A DNA stretch of 64,000 nt from Patescibacteria group bacterium (GCA_036278915.1 DASUKB010000002.1:95162-159161); one strand, 5' to 3'. Counted from the stretch's first letter, positions 37,196 through 47,509 are shown. Numbers and translations: made by a program. Notes: generated from the letters alone by a model not told the origin.

Positions 37196-37378
37196 ATGTC
37201 GGAATTTGAACAACAGAAAACTGATCTCGCCAGCCAGGTTCGGGGGCTTTGCGCCCACTGCAGCAATGGCGTAGACCACAGCTGCAAAATTAAAACTCTG
37301 GCAGAGCAGATAACCAGCCTTTCCGGCGTGCCGCTTATAGTCAACAATCGTTTTAATGGATTGCTCTTTACGAATTAA
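37196..37378 (+). CDS. Small CxxC-containing hypothetical protein
   Basis: 60 aa, CAHC-HSC; starts 4 bp after lexA. Confidence 0.6.
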   Translation: MSEFEQQKTDLASQVRGLCAHCSNGVDHSCKIKTLAEQITSLSGVPLIVNNRFNGLLFTN

Positions 37379-37400
37379 AATTTATTAATCAATTACACAT

Positions 37401-37631
37401 ATGGAATTTGCACCATCACTCTTTTCAACCCGGGTTCATAATGGCGCCAGGACATTCTTCGTGGATGTTAAGTCCGCCAAAAACAACAAGCCTTACCTTA
37501 AGATTACAGAATCTTCAATTAGCAAGGAAGGCGAGAAGAAAAAAAGCTACATGACAGTGTTTGAAAATGAGATCAACGATTTCAAGCAAGCTGTGGAACA
37601 GGCTGTGGGGTTCGTCAACCAAAGCAAATAA
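37401..37631 (+). CDS. PUR-alpha-like/DUF3276 nucleic acid-binding protein
   Basis: RTFFVDVK-YLKITES-VFE motif. Confidence 0.85.
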   Translation: MEFAPSLFSTRVHNGARTFFVDVKSAKNNKPYLKITESSISKEGEKKKSYMTVFENEINDFKQAVEQAVGFVNQSK

Positions 37632-37679
37632 GCAAAAACTCCGAAGCGCAGGACTTTCGGAGTTTTTTAAATTAATTTT

Positions 37680-39197
37680 ATGCCAAACAAAGTATATTCT
37701 GCCTCCGTGCTCGGACTTTCGGCATCCCTGGTGGAAGTCGAAGTCGGGATCCTCTCTGGCCTCCCCGCTACAATCGTTGTGGGGTTGCCAGATGCGGCAG
37801 TGCAGGAGTCGCGCGAACGCGTGAAATTTGCCATCAAGAATTCCAACTGCATCTATCCTTATAGCCGCGTGGCTATTAACTTAGCTCCTGCAGACCTGCA
37901 CAAAAACGGCACTCATTATGATTTGCCGATTGCCTTAGCAATCCTCATTAGTTCGAACCAATTAAGCTTTGACCCCAGCGATAAATTATTTGTAGGGGAG
38001 CTGGCTTTAGATGGCGCCATCCGGCCAGTCTCAGGAGTCCTGCCAATGGTTTTGATGGCTAGGGATTTGGGCATGAAGACCGTATTTGTGCCCAAAGACA
38101 ACAGCCGCGAGGCGAGCCTTGTTTCGGGCATAGAAATTATCCCGGTGGAGAGCCTACTGCAGCTTATTGGATTTTTACAAAAACTTCTACAAGTCGAACC
38201 GCTCGCACCCACGGATTGGCGGTCGATTTTAAATAAAACGGAAGTGGCTTTAGACATGCAATTAATCCGAGGTCAGGAATCTGCCAAACGTGCGTTGGAA
38301 ATTGCCGCGGCTGGCGGACATAATATTCTACTTTCCGGACCTCCTGGTACTGGCAAAACTCTACTAGCCCGAGCGCTGCCTTCAATTCTCCCGCGGCCGA
38401 CCGTGGAAGAAGTTTTGGAGATCACAAAAATTTACAGCGTGACTGGCCTGCTGAACGTCAATAAAACTCTGGTTACCGCCCGCCCATTCCGTAGCCCTCA
38501 TCATACCACTTCCGGCGTGGCCTTAGTCGGCGGCGGCTCGGTGCCGAAACCTGGTGAAATTTCGTTATCGCACCGCGGGGTATTATTTTTGGATGAGTTT
38601 CCGGAATTTTCCAGAAGCGTGCTGGAGAATTTACGTCAGCCGCTAGAAGACGGGGTCGTAACCGTGGCCCGCGCTTCCGGCACGGTAACGTTTCCGGCGC
38701 AGTTTACTTTGATTGCCGCGCAAAACCCCTGCCCGTGTGGTTACTACTCGGACCCGACCAAAGCTTGCATCTGTACTCCCGCGCAAATTATGAAATACCA
38801 AAAAAAGATCTCGGGCCCGCTTTTGGATCGCATAGATTTGCACGTGGAGGTGGGGAGAGTGGAATATGATAAATTATCCTCCGATGCCAATGGCGAAAAT
38901 TCCCAGGAAATCCAGAAGCGCGTGCAGAGAGCGCGCGATATACAAACCAAGCGTTTCAAAAATTCCCAGGTCAAAACCAATTCGGAAATGAGCATTAAGG
39001 AGATTAAAGATTTCTGCAAACTCGATGAGACTGAACAACAATTTATGAAAGCCGCAGTTATAAAGATGTATCTTTCCGCCCGCTCATATCACAGGATTCT
39101 AAAACTTGGCCGGACAATAGCGGATTTGGCTGGCAGTCCGAAACTTCAACTCAACCATCTGGCTGAGGCGCTGCAGTACCGACCCAAAGTAGAATAA
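37680..39197 (+). CDS. comM: YifB/ComM Mg-chelatase-like AAA+ ATPase
   Basis: VGLPD-ESRERV, GPPGTGKT, PFRSPHH, FLDEFPEF, NPCPCG. Confidence 0.95.
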   Translation: MPNKVYSASVLGLSASLVEVEVGILSGLPATIVVGLPDAAVQESRERVKFAIKNSNCIYPYSRVAINLAPADLHKNGTHYDLPIALAILISSNQLSFDPSDKLFVGELALDGAIRPVSGVLPMVLMARDLGMKTVFVPKDNSREASLVSGIEIIPVESLLQLIGFLQKLLQVEPLAPTDWRSILNKTEVALDMQLIRGQESAKRALEIAAAGGHNILLSGPPGTGKTLLARALPSILPRPTVEEVLEITKIYSVTGLLNVNKTLVTARPFRSPHHTTSGVALVGGGSVPKPGEISLSHRGVLFLDEFPEFSRSVLENLRQPLEDGVVTVARASGTVTFPAQFTLIAAQNPCPCGYYSDPTKACICTPAQIMKYQKKISGPLLDRIDLHVEVGRVEYDKLSSDANGENSQEIQKRVQRARDIQTKRFKNSQVKTNSEMSIKEIKDFCKLDETEQQFMKAAVIKMYLSARSYHRILKLGRTIADLAGSPKLQLNHLAEALQYRPKVE

Positions 39198-39271
39198 CAA
39201 TTCAGATAATCTGCCCAATTGCATATGTTTTGCACAGAATTTAGAATCTTGGAGTCATTAAATCAAACCTT

Positions 39272-40234
39272 ATGTCCAAGAAAGTGCGCAAAGCAATTAT
39301 ACCCGCAGCTGGTTACGGCACGAGATTTCTGCCAGCGACCAAGGCTCAGCCTAAGGAGATGCTGCCCGTGGTTGACAAACCCATCATCCAGTATGTCGTT
39401 GAAGACGCCGTTTCGGCTGGAATCGAAGATATCATTATCGTGACTGGCTGGCATAAACGAAGCATTGAAGACCATTTCGACTATCCTTTTGAACTGGAAA
39501 AACGATTGGAAGCCTCGGGCAAAGAGTCGGAATTGGAGCAGATCCGAAAAATAGCGGAAATGGCAAATTTCCATTACGTCCGACAGAAGGGTCCGCTGGG
39601 CAATGCCACGCCAATTTGGAATGCCCGCCATATTGTGGGCGACGAACCGTTTCTGGTGCTGTGGGGTGATGAATTTATAGATGCCCATCCGACCAGATCG
39701 CAACAGCTGACCGCGGCTTACGAAAAACTGGGAGGAAGCGCCGTGCTGGCTGCAATACGCAAAAATTCCCCCGAAGATTATAAACGCTACGGTTACGCCG
39801 CGGGTAAGGAACTGGAAAGCGGGGTTTTGAAAATTGAAGATATTGTGGAAAAACCCGGGGTGGGGAAGATTGATTCTCCATACGCAGTAGTCTCGGCGGC
39901 CGTTTATGATCCGGAAATGTTCAGTGCCATCGAAGAAGCTATGCGAGACTTTGAGGCTGGTAAACTTTCCCGAGAGTTGGTGTATGTGGATGCAGTGAAT
40001 ATATTGCTTAAGCGTCAGAAAGCCTGCTGGGCCGTGGAAATTCAAAACGGCAAATATTACGACTGTGGCAACAAATTGGAATATCTAAAAACCGTAGTTG
40101 AAATGGGACTGCAGCATCCAGATTTGAAAAAAGACTTTTTGCGATATTTGGTAGATATGACAGAGTTGCTCCGGACCCAGGAACAGTCTAAAGCGGAGGG
40201 CCTATTACAAAGAATAATCACAAAGCAGATCTAA
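39272..40234 (+). CDS. galU: UTP--glucose-1-phosphate uridylyltransferase
   Basis: KAIIPAAGYGTRFLPATKAQPKEMLPVVDKP, VEKP, YDCG. Confidence 0.93.
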   Translation: MSKKVRKAIIPAAGYGTRFLPATKAQPKEMLPVVDKPIIQYVVEDAVSAGIEDIIIVTGWHKRSIEDHFDYPFELEKRLEASGKESELEQIRKIAEMANFHYVRQKGPLGNATPIWNARHIVGDEPFLVLWGDEFIDAHPTRSQQLTAAYEKLGGSAVLAAIRKNSPEDYKRYGYAAGKELESGVLKIEDIVEKPGVGKIDSPYAVVSAAVYDPEMFSAIEEAMRDFEAGKLSRELVYVDAVNILLKRQKACWAVEIQNGKYYDCGNKLEYLKTVVEMGLQHPDLKKDFLRYLVDMTELLRTQEQSKAEGLLQRIITKQI

Positions 40235-40317
40235 TTACCTTTCTATTTGACTCAACTTGAAAAAAAACCAGGATTGTTGTATAGTAATCTTGGCTTTTGG
40301 ACATGTTTGAAATCAAA

Positions 40318-41613
40318 ATGAACAGAAAATACTATATAATTGGCGGCGTCATTTTATTTTTGATTATTATCATAGTTGTTTTGCTCGTGGCCACAAGTGG
40401 CAAAAAGCCGCAGGCTGCCGGGCCAATCACGCTGACTTGGTGGAAAACTTTTGAGACCTCGGACAACGTCCAGCAATTGATTGCCGATTATGAAAAAACT
40501 CACAAGAATGTCACAATAAATTACGTCAAAAAAGACGAAACCACCTATGAACAGGACTTGCTTGAGGCTTACGCCTCGGGTACGGCTCCGGATATTTTAT
40601 CCATCCACAATGATTGGCTGCCGCAGGAAGCAGACAAACTAGCACCTGATCCAACCGGCGATGTTCGCAGCTATAAAACGACATTTGTAGATGTGGCTGC
40701 GGATGATTTCATAAAAGACAATCAAATTTTTGCCGTACCTATGAACGTTGATGTCATGGCGTTGTACTACAACAAAGACATCCTCAACTCCGCTAACGTC
40801 CTGCCACCTAAAACCTGGAGTGAGTTGGTCTCTGACGTTCCGAAGATTACTCAACTCACAAAACCCGGGACTTTTACGCGATCGGGAATTGCGTTTGGGA
40901 CTGCGGCCAATGTTAACCGCGCTGTAGATATCATGTCTCTGCTTATGTTGCAAAATGGTACGCAATTTTATAACGATTCCTACTCAGGCGCTACATTTGA
41001 TCAGACTCAAACAAGTGCAGGCGGGGACAGCGTCAACCCTGGCGCCGTGGCGCTCCAATACTACACGCAGTTTGCAGACCCAGCCAAAACCGTTTACACC
41101 TGGAATGCCCGCTCCGATAACAATGTTGACTCTTTCACACAAGGCAGGGTGGGTATGATGCTATCGTATTTTTACATGGAACCGCAGATCCAATCCAAAG
41201 CGCCCACGCTCAATTGGGACGTGGCGCCCGTACCCCAGCCTTCAACTGACAGCGTGCAAATTAATTTTGCCAATTATTGGGGCGAGGCCGTGAATAAAAA
41301 TTCTCCAAATGTGCAAGCGGCCTGGGATTTCTTGAATTTTATAACCAGCCATGATGAATTGAGCGCATATTACAAGCAACACCAGTTGGTGTCTTCGCGC
41401 AAGGACATTTTACAGACTCAAATGTCGGACCCGACACTTGGGGTTTTTGCCGAAGAAGCGCTGAGCGCGAAGTCCGTATACAAAAAAGACGCGGACGGAT
41501 TTGAAACAGTGTTTTCCAAAATGATAGACGATGTCTCGCAGCGCGGACTCACGCCGGAAGAAGCGGCTACTAACGCGGCACAGCAGATAGACTTGCAATT
41601 GCAGCAGCATTAG
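40318..41613 (+). CDS. Extracellular solute-binding protein (family 1-like), TM-anchored
   Basis: PDI, LYYNKDI, PKTW, F-G; no permease or ATPase adjacent. Confidence 0.88.
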   Translation: MNRKYYIIGGVILFLIIIIVVLLVATSGKKPQAAGPITLTWWKTFETSDNVQQLIADYEKTHKNVTINYVKKDETTYEQDLLEAYASGTAPDILSIHNDWLPQEADKLAPDPTGDVRSYKTTFVDVAADDFIKDNQIFAVPMNVDVMALYYNKDILNSANVLPPKTWSELVSDVPKITQLTKPGTFTRSGIAFGTAANVNRAVDIMSLLMLQNGTQFYNDSYSGATFDQTQTSAGGDSVNPGAVALQYYTQFADPAKTVYTWNARSDNNVDSFTQGRVGMMLSYFYMEPQIQSKAPTLNWDVAPVPQPSTDSVQINFANYWGEAVNKNSPNVQAAWDFLNFITSHDELSAYYKQHQLVSSRKDILQTQMSDPTLGVFAEEALSAKSVYKKDADGFETVFSKMIDDVSQRGLTPEEAATNAAQQIDLQLQQH

Positions 41614-41646
41614 CTGTGATATAATTTAGGAAGCACATTTCACCAA

Positions 41647-42042
41647 ATGAAAGCAAAAACAAAGATTATATCGATCGTATTGCCTTGGATTTTGGCTTAC
41701 CATTCTGTACTGGCCAAGCCATTTGTGGGACCTTTGGTCCAATGCGGAACGGGAAAAAATTCGGAATGCACTTCTGCGGACTTGCTTAATCTCGTCTTCA
41801 TTGTCATAAATTTTTTGGTTGGGTCTGCGGCAATATTGGCCATGGCCTATATAGTTTACGGCGGCATCCAAATGGTTATCTCATCCGGCAATGAAGATGG
41901 TGTGAAGAAAGCCAAAAGCACAATGGTTAATGCCATAATCGGCTTAGTGATGGTTATCCTATCCTATCTTATAATCACCTCCATAACGTCCTACTTTACC
42001 GGCCAGTCATTCGACACCTTGCAGAAATCATTGTCGCTATGA
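41647..42042 (+). CDS. TrbC/VirB2-like pilin
   Basis: IVYGG-SSGNE-KAK-NAIIGL motif. Confidence 0.85.
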   Translation: MKAKTKIISIVLPWILAYHSVLAKPFVGPLVQCGTGKNSECTSADLLNLVFIVINFLVGSAAILAMAYIVYGGIQMVISSGNEDGVKKAKSTMVNAIIGLVMVILSYLIITSITSYFTGQSFDTLQKSLSL

Positions 42043-42650
42043 ATTTTCTCTCCATCCCGAATTGGATTGTTTCCGCTAGCGCCGCGCCTTGTATGCCGAG
42101 CGGGGGGAGTTTATGCAACCCCTTGCAAGGCGGCGTCAACGTTCCAGATGTGCCAACTCTTTTGACCCATGTTTTGAATGACCTCGGGGGAGTGATCGGT
42201 CTGGTAGCTATTGCCATGGTGGTGTACGCCGGGTTTCGCATGGTGACGGCCAATGGCGAACAGCACTCAATTGATAAAGCCAAACAGATTTTGAAGTATT
42301 CGGTGTACGGGTTCGTGGCATCCGTGATGGCTTACGCCGCTGTAGTGGCGGTGGAAAATTTTATCGGCGTGCAGGACCCAAACTACGACAGCTCTCAGCC
42401 TCAAAATCCTCTCCAGCAGTTTGGCAACCTCAAAGTCTTTACCGAGCAGATGATCCAAAATATCTTACTGGTTATCGGAGCTGTATCTCTGCTCATGATT
42501 ATAATTAACGGCTTCCGGTATATGACAGCCCGTGGTAATGACGAACAGGTGAGTACGGCCAGGCGTGCTCTGACCTGGGCCATAGCCGGACTGGCGATAT
42601 CTTTATTTGCGTATACAATAGTAAGCGCTGTAGCAAAACTAATTTCATGA
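42039..42650 (+). CDS. TrbC/VirB2-like pilin with two tandem pilin domains
   Basis: VYAGFRMVTANG and INGFRYMTARGN repeats. Confidence 0.85.
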   Translation: MNFLSIPNWIVSASAAPCMPSGGSLCNPLQGGVNVPDVPTLLTHVLNDLGGVIGLVAIAMVVYAGFRMVTANGEQHSIDKAKQILKYSVYGFVASVMAYAAVVAVENFIGVQDPNYDSSQPQNPLQQFGNLKVFTEQMIQNILLVIGAVSLLMIIINGFRYMTARGNDEQVSTARRALTWAIAGLAISLFAYTIVSAVAKLIS

Positions 42651-42997
42651 AAAAAATCACAAAATTTGTTTCCTGGTTGACTTCTGGACTCATATTTATG
42701 GCTGTGACTGTGAAAAACCCCGCGCCGGGTTTATTCAGCGATCTTTTTGGCGATAGTCCGGAGATCAAAAATATTATTCCTCAGATTATCTCCATAGTTT
42801 TGGGATTTGCTGGACTCGTGGCCATAGCTTATGTCATTTTGGGGGGATTTCAGCTGGTTACTTCGCGCGGCAGTTCTGAACAAGCCGAAAAGGGGCGCAA
42901 AACGTTAACAAATGCTATAATAGGTCTAGTCATCATTATACTGTCATATGTAATTGTCAGTATTGTGACTAATGCCGCATTTGGCAATGTTGGATAA
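42647..42997 (+). CDS. TrbC/VirB2-like pilin
   Basis: ILGGFQLVTSRG-NAIIGL. Confidence 0.85.
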   Translation: MKKITKFVSWLTSGLIFMAVTVKNPAPGLFSDLFGDSPEIKNIIPQIISIVLGFAGLVAIAYVILGGFQLVTSRGSSEQAEKGRKTLTNAIIGLVIIILSYVIVSIVTNAAFGNVG

Positions 42998-43083
42998 TTA
43001 ATTAATTTAATCAACAATTCAAAGGTCGAAGAAACAAAAGATCCGCCTACGCATAAAGCTTTGGCGGACAGGAAGGAATAAAT

Positions 43084-43470
43084 ATGAAAAAATACTCACA
43101 TAAAATAGCTCAAATTGGTTCAGTAGTTTTGGGGTTTGTGGTTGCCTTAAGTCCGATGTTGGCATTTGCCCAGTTGCATTTGCCTGATGCCGGCGGTACT
43201 GGTTTGTCCAATACCTTCGGTGGTGCGACCACGCTTTCCGGATTGATTTTGGAAGTGATTAATATTATCCTCGCTCTTGCCGGTTTGATCGCTGTGCTTA
43301 TTCTTATAATCGGCGGTTTCCGCTACGTCACAAGTTTTGGCAACGAAGAGGCTGTAGGCAAAGCCAAAAAAATGATCATCAACGCCATTATCGGCATTAT
43401 CATCATCATCTTGGCATTTGTGATCGTACGCGTGGTGACCAACGTCTTTATCAACCCAAGCAATATCTAA
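43084..43470 (+). CDS. TrbC/VirB2-like pilin
   Basis: IIGGFRYVTSFGNEE-NAIIGI. Confidence 0.85.
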   Translation: MKKYSHKIAQIGSVVLGFVVALSPMLAFAQLHLPDAGGTGLSNTFGGATTLSGLILEVINIILALAGLIAVLILIIGGFRYVTSFGNEEAVGKAKKMIINAIIGIIIIILAFVIVRVVTNVFINPSNI

Positions 43471-43471
43471 G

Positions 43472-43855
43472 ATGTTCAAACTGAAAAGATTAAAATATTC
43501 ATTGCTATCACTGGCGCTTGCTTTTCCAGGAATTGCGTTCGCGGCCGCGAGTCAGATCATCAACTCCAACGACAACCCGGGCGGCATTCTGCCTACAGGT
43601 ATTTTTGGTCACCAAGCAACAATCGGCGGAACAATTCTTGGGATCATTCAAATACTTCTGGGGATAGTTGGGTTAATCTCTGTGGCTATGATTATTTACG
43701 GTGGCTTCCGTTATACAACTGCGGGTGGCAATGATGAAGTCACGAAGTCGGCCAAGAAAACTATTATCAATGCTATTATTGGTCTCGTGATTGTAATTTT
43801 GTCGTATGTCATCGTGACAATTGTCACAAATCTCGCATTCGGTACTGTCGGTTGA
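43472..43855 (+). CDS. TrbC/VirB2-like pilin
   Basis: IYGGFRYTTAGGNDE-NAIIGL. Confidence 0.85.
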   Translation: MFKLKRLKYSLLSLALAFPGIAFAAASQIINSNDNPGGILPTGIFGHQATIGGTILGIIQILLGIVGLISVAMIIYGGFRYTTAGGNDEVTKSAKKTIINAIIGLVIVILSYVIVTIVTNLAFGTVG

Positions 43856-43913
43856 TTTTCCCAAAAAAATGAGCCGGGAACCTGTAAACAGGTCCCGGCT
43901 TTTTGGTTGCCCA

Positions 43914-44828
43914 TCATCTGCTTGCCACTTGCAGAAATAGGGGATGTCCGTCGGTGTAGTAATCGGAGCGAATCGTAACGAAGCTTTGAAAAAGCAATCG
44001 TCCGTCCGCGGTTTTGAATTTGAGCAGGTATGAGCCTGCCTCAATTCTGTACCCGTCGTTGAACCAGTTGTTGTGCTTGGTCACGGGCCCTTCGTCCGAC
44101 TCAATGGCGGAAAGCACTTTGCCGTTGCGCGGGTCCACGGGCATGGAATACATGCTTACGTCAGTGGAGTCAGGCAAGCCCGCAGCTTGAAGCCTTGAAC
44201 GTACCAGGCGAACCGTCGTCTGGTAGTCAATCTTGACCTTGCCCATAACACAGCGTCTGTTGCCCGGGAAGTCCTGGCACGGCTCCGGCGATAGGATCTG
44301 GTAGCCGTAGTAGCCGCCGCCATAGACTCTGGCACCACGGGCGTAGCCGTAACCGTAAACCGAGTAATTCTCCTGCGCCCGTTCCATACGGTTGCAGTAG
44401 ACGTACTGGTCCGGCGTTCCGGGAAACGGCCCGCTTTGGATGCAGGCTTGGAATGGATTGTACACCCTAGGTGCGGCTGCTACGATCCGTGTAGAAGGAT
44501 GATCTGCAACTGCTGTTTCGGTTCTGGCGGGCTGCGGATTCGTGAGCCGGATGTGAATCTTGTCGCCGGAAATGCGAGCTTCGAACCCTAGCGGCGAGAG
44601 GATCCGTGCCAGCGCGGCGTCCAGGGAGAGTCCACGCACGTCGTTGGTGACAGCGAGATCTTCCATGGGTGAATCCGGCACGACGAAGTACGGGTGATTC
44701 GGATCGCTGAAGTGATGCGCGATCGCCACGACTGCTACGGAAAGCGGCGTGCGGTTGAACTGCAACGATTGAGCCTGCGCGTTTGCCGCCCACACCAGGA
44801 CCGCCATCAACACGATAAATTTTTTCAT
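43914..44828 (-). CDS. Secreted hypothetical protein with STN-like N-terminal domain
   Basis: SD AAGGAGG, signal peptide AQA, VRGLSLDAALARIL-GF-I pattern. Confidence 0.7.
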   Translation of the reverse strand: MKKFIVLMAVLVWAANAQAQSLQFNRTPLSVAVVAIAHHFSDPNHPYFVVPDSPMEDLAVTNDVRGLSLDAALARILSPLGFEARISGDKIHIRLTNPQPARTETAVADHPSTRIVAAAPRVYNPFQACIQSGPFPGTPDQYVYCNRMERAQENYSVYGYGYARGARVYGGGYYGYQILSPEPCQDFPGNRRCVMGKVKIDYQTTVRLVRSRLQAAGLPDSTDVSMYSMPVDPRNGKVLSAIESDEGPVTKHNNWFNDGYRIEAGSYLLKFKTADGRLLFQSFVTIRSDYYTDGHPLFLQVASR

Positions 44829-44934
44829 AAACCCCTCCTTGGGGCGTATTGGTTACAAAGGATTTGTAACTTAGTATACTACCACAAATTTGAGTTTTTG
44901 TCAATGCTAGTAAATAAAAAATGGATACGGCCCC

Positions 44935-45768
44935 TTAGGGTCGTATCCATTGAATATGTGGTTGATCTGATTGCGTTTTGGCGCGCCCAGACTGTGTTTG
45001 TTTGTCCTCCTTGAGATTTGGCGCAGGGCTGTCGGCTGGATCCGTCAGCGCCGTGAACGTGAAATTTCCGCGGTCGTGGTGGTTGGATTGTCCTGTACCT
45101 TCCCAACCGCGACACCAGTAGGGGATGTTCACGATGACCTGAAAGTCGTGTCCCGAATACGGCACCGGATGACAGCCGCTGTGGATGACAAACGTCTTGT
45201 TGACGTCGTGGTCCACGCGTCCCAGGAAAGCCATCATTGGAAAGCGATGGTCAAACGGCTCGTACGCATCGATAGACGAAACGTCAGCGCCATCGGGGCT
45301 AATGTCTATGACCTGCCCCTCCTGCTCGTACATGACGTTTTGGACGACACCGCTGGCGCAAAGGACTTCGCCTTCAAAAAGGTCCGTGAAGGTATCCGTC
45401 CAGTAGGCAAGCCTTGCGTCCACGCTTGTGACTGGTCCCTGGTGCACCCTACGCCCTTTGGCATCGGCTTTTAGCTTTTCTAAGGCCACAACCGTTGAGC
45501 GCGATTTGTACGCGTCTGTCTTTAGCTCATCGTACAACACCGCACCCGGATCGTCTTTCTTGGCAATTTCCGCGGCGTCTTTGGACCCAATAACCTCGCC
45601 CATGTGGTTGCCGATGGCTTTTTGTACTTGCCTCCCGCGTTGATTGATTTGTCGCAACACGGGAAACTGAGGATCAGTGAAGCCAAACTCCTGCCAATCC
45701 ACGCCGTAGGTGTAAACAAGAAAGAGGATTGTACCGACCAGCCCGATCCAGCCGAGCTTGGATCTCAT
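44935..45768 (-). CDS. Single-TM hypothetical protein, possible OB-fold
   Basis: SD GGAGG; overlaps upstream stop; FEGEVLCASGVVQNV segment. Confidence 0.7.
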   Translation of the reverse strand: MRSKLGWIGLVGTILFLVYTYGVDWQEFGFTDPQFPVLRQINQRGRQVQKAIGNHMGEVIGSKDAAEIAKKDDPGAVLYDELKTDAYKSRSTVVALEKLKADAKGRRVHQGPVTSVDARLAYWTDTFTDLFEGEVLCASGVVQNVMYEQEGQVIDISPDGADVSSIDAYEPFDHRFPMMAFLGRVDHDVNKTFVIHSGCHPVPYSGHDFQVIVNIPYWCRGWEGTGQSNHHDRGNFTFTALTDPADSPAPNLKEDKQTQSGRAKTQSDQPHIQWIRP

Positions 45769-46550
45769 TTTTTACCTCCCTTATCATCAGACTTCTTCTG
45801 TTCTTGAGGTCCCGAAAGCAGCATAACCATCCAGAATAGAATTGCCAGAATGGTCATCAAGCCCGGGCCAAGGGCAATTGCTCGAGTGTAGGCAATGTTC
45901 GCAATCCGTGAAATTGGGTTGAAAACGAAACTACCCGTGATGATGAGCCATGGTATGGCAAGCAGGCCCGCGAACCAAGCAGTGGGTGAGCCTTGACCCC
46001 ACTTCGTTGACGAAAGCACGAGGATAATCGTGAGAAGCAACCATATGCCAGCCCATGAGCTCTGGCCCCAGAGTTCTGCAAAAGAAAGAAAAGCAATTAT
46101 GCAGAGTTCGGCCAGAACAGCCCAGAAAGTCCATCTGGCGGCTTCCTTCAGAGTCTGCATTTGCCGAGCGCGCTCGAAGTTCAGATCGTAGGTCACGTCG
46201 ATATGGTCTTCGTGATGTACTGCCTTGGGTGTGAAGCCTCGATCTTTTGTGAAAAGATCAAAGAGGGCATCCACTGCAACCATAAACAGCGCAATCTCAG
46301 CAGAATCAGGATTGATCAGGATCAAGGCGGCAATCGGCAGATAAAGGAACGCGGTGTAAGGAACCAACATTTTGTCGATGAGGTTCACAAGTACCGCTAA
46401 TCCCAAAACCAGGAATGACCAGACCAGAAACAATAGTACTCGTCTAGTCAAAGTCTTGATCGTGTTCAGGCTCCAGTCCTTGCCCGCTCCAAAGATTTGG
46501 GCGGTCAGATGACCGGATTCAGGAAGGGGATTGGCGTCTCTCGTAGGCAT
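45765..46550 (-). CDS. Multi-TM hypothetical protein
   Basis: SD AGGAG; about 6-7 hydrophobic helices. Confidence 0.7.
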   Translation of the reverse strand: MPTRDANPLPESGHLTAQIFGAGKDWSLNTIKTLTRRVLLFLVWSFLVLGLAVLVNLIDKMLVPYTAFLYLPIAALILINPDSAEIALFMVAVDALFDLFTKDRGFTPKAVHHEDHIDVTYDLNFERARQMQTLKEAARWTFWAVLAELCIIAFLSFAELWGQSSWAGIWLLLTIILVLSSTKWGQGSPTAWFAGLLAIPWLIITGSFVFNPISRIANIAYTRAIALGPGLMTILAILFWMVMLLSGPQEQKKSDDKGGKK

Positions 46551-46574
46551 CGAAAACTCCTGAAGTTGTTGGGG

Positions 46575-47198
46575 TTAGTTTTTCTGCCAGCCGAAGATGT
46601 AGCGAAACACGCTTCCACCGTAGCGCGCAGTTTGTTTTATACGATACCGCTCTCGGCGAAGTTTGATCTCGTCTGCCTTCAACATGAAGAAATCACCTAG
46701 TGCTTGGCCTTGTGATGCAAGTTGCTCCGTTGTGGTTTTTGCACGGGAACCAATATAGAGAGATTTTTTTAGAACTTTGCGTCTCTCGTCATCACTTGGT
46801 AACCCGGCCAAGTATTGCAGAAATGCCACTCGCTGTTTTGCCGCTTCGTCTCCCTTGCCTGTTTTAGCAGTATGGACGACGAATTCAGCATCTTCTTCGT
46901 CGGAAAGGTTGCTTAGGAATTGTCGGATGGTCTCTTCGCTTTTGGCATCAGAGAGCTTCAGTTGAGTTATGGCCATGACAAAATCGTGTCGGTCGCCACC
47001 TGTTGCCTCAACTTTTCCCTCAACCTCCCGCGAAGTTTTTTGTTCGAGGGGGTTTGAAATGAGACCCCCGAAGATACCTTTGAGGGCGCTTTTGATGAGT
47101 TGCTCAATGCCTGACCAGAGACCTAGGGCAAACAGTGTGTTGATCAGGTGACCTTCACCTACGGTGACGCTGTTTTTTGGATCTTGCGGAATTTCCAT
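46575..47198 (-). CDS. Hypothetical helical protein
   Basis: SD AGAGGTG; first gene of a four-gene cassette. Confidence 0.7.
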   Translation of the reverse strand: MEIPQDPKNSVTVGEGHLINTLFALGLWSGIEQLIKSALKGIFGGLISNPLEQKTSREVEGKVEATGGDRHDFVMAITQLKLSDAKSEETIRQFLSNLSDEEDAEFVVHTAKTGKGDEAAKQRVAFLQYLAGLPSDDERRKVLKKSLYIGSRAKTTTEQLASQGQALGDFFMLKADEIKLRRERYRIKQTARYGGSVFRYIFGWQKN

Positions 47199-47334
47199 GA
47201 CGCACCTCTAAATTGTGAAGGAGCTGATTACAGCTCCGAGGTTAGCGAAAGCGGAGTTGCAACATGCAAGTATAGGAAATTTTTGCCGTTTTGTCAAGTG
47301 TTCGTATATTTGTTAGAATCACACATATACGTAA

Positions 47335-47421
47335 GCCGGGGTGGTGAAACTGGCAGACACGCAAGGTTTAGGACCTTGTACCCGAAAGGGTGTGCAGGTT
47401 CAATTCCTGTCCCCGGCACCA
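47335..47421 (+). tRNA. tRNA-Leu(TAG)
   Basis: Loop TTTAGGA, long variable arm, CCA. Confidence 0.95.
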
Positions 47422-47509
47422 AATATAAATTAGTCAGTTTGGTAAGTTGACATCATAGATAAACCCCAGTAAAATTTTTAGGCATTAATCTTAGTGGACC
47501 AAAAAGCTC

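Noticed and set aside
39263-40045. Long antisense ORFs inside galU, ftsK, ftsH, gyrA and nusA
   Set aside because: Fully overlap well-supported genes and carry no recognisable motifs.
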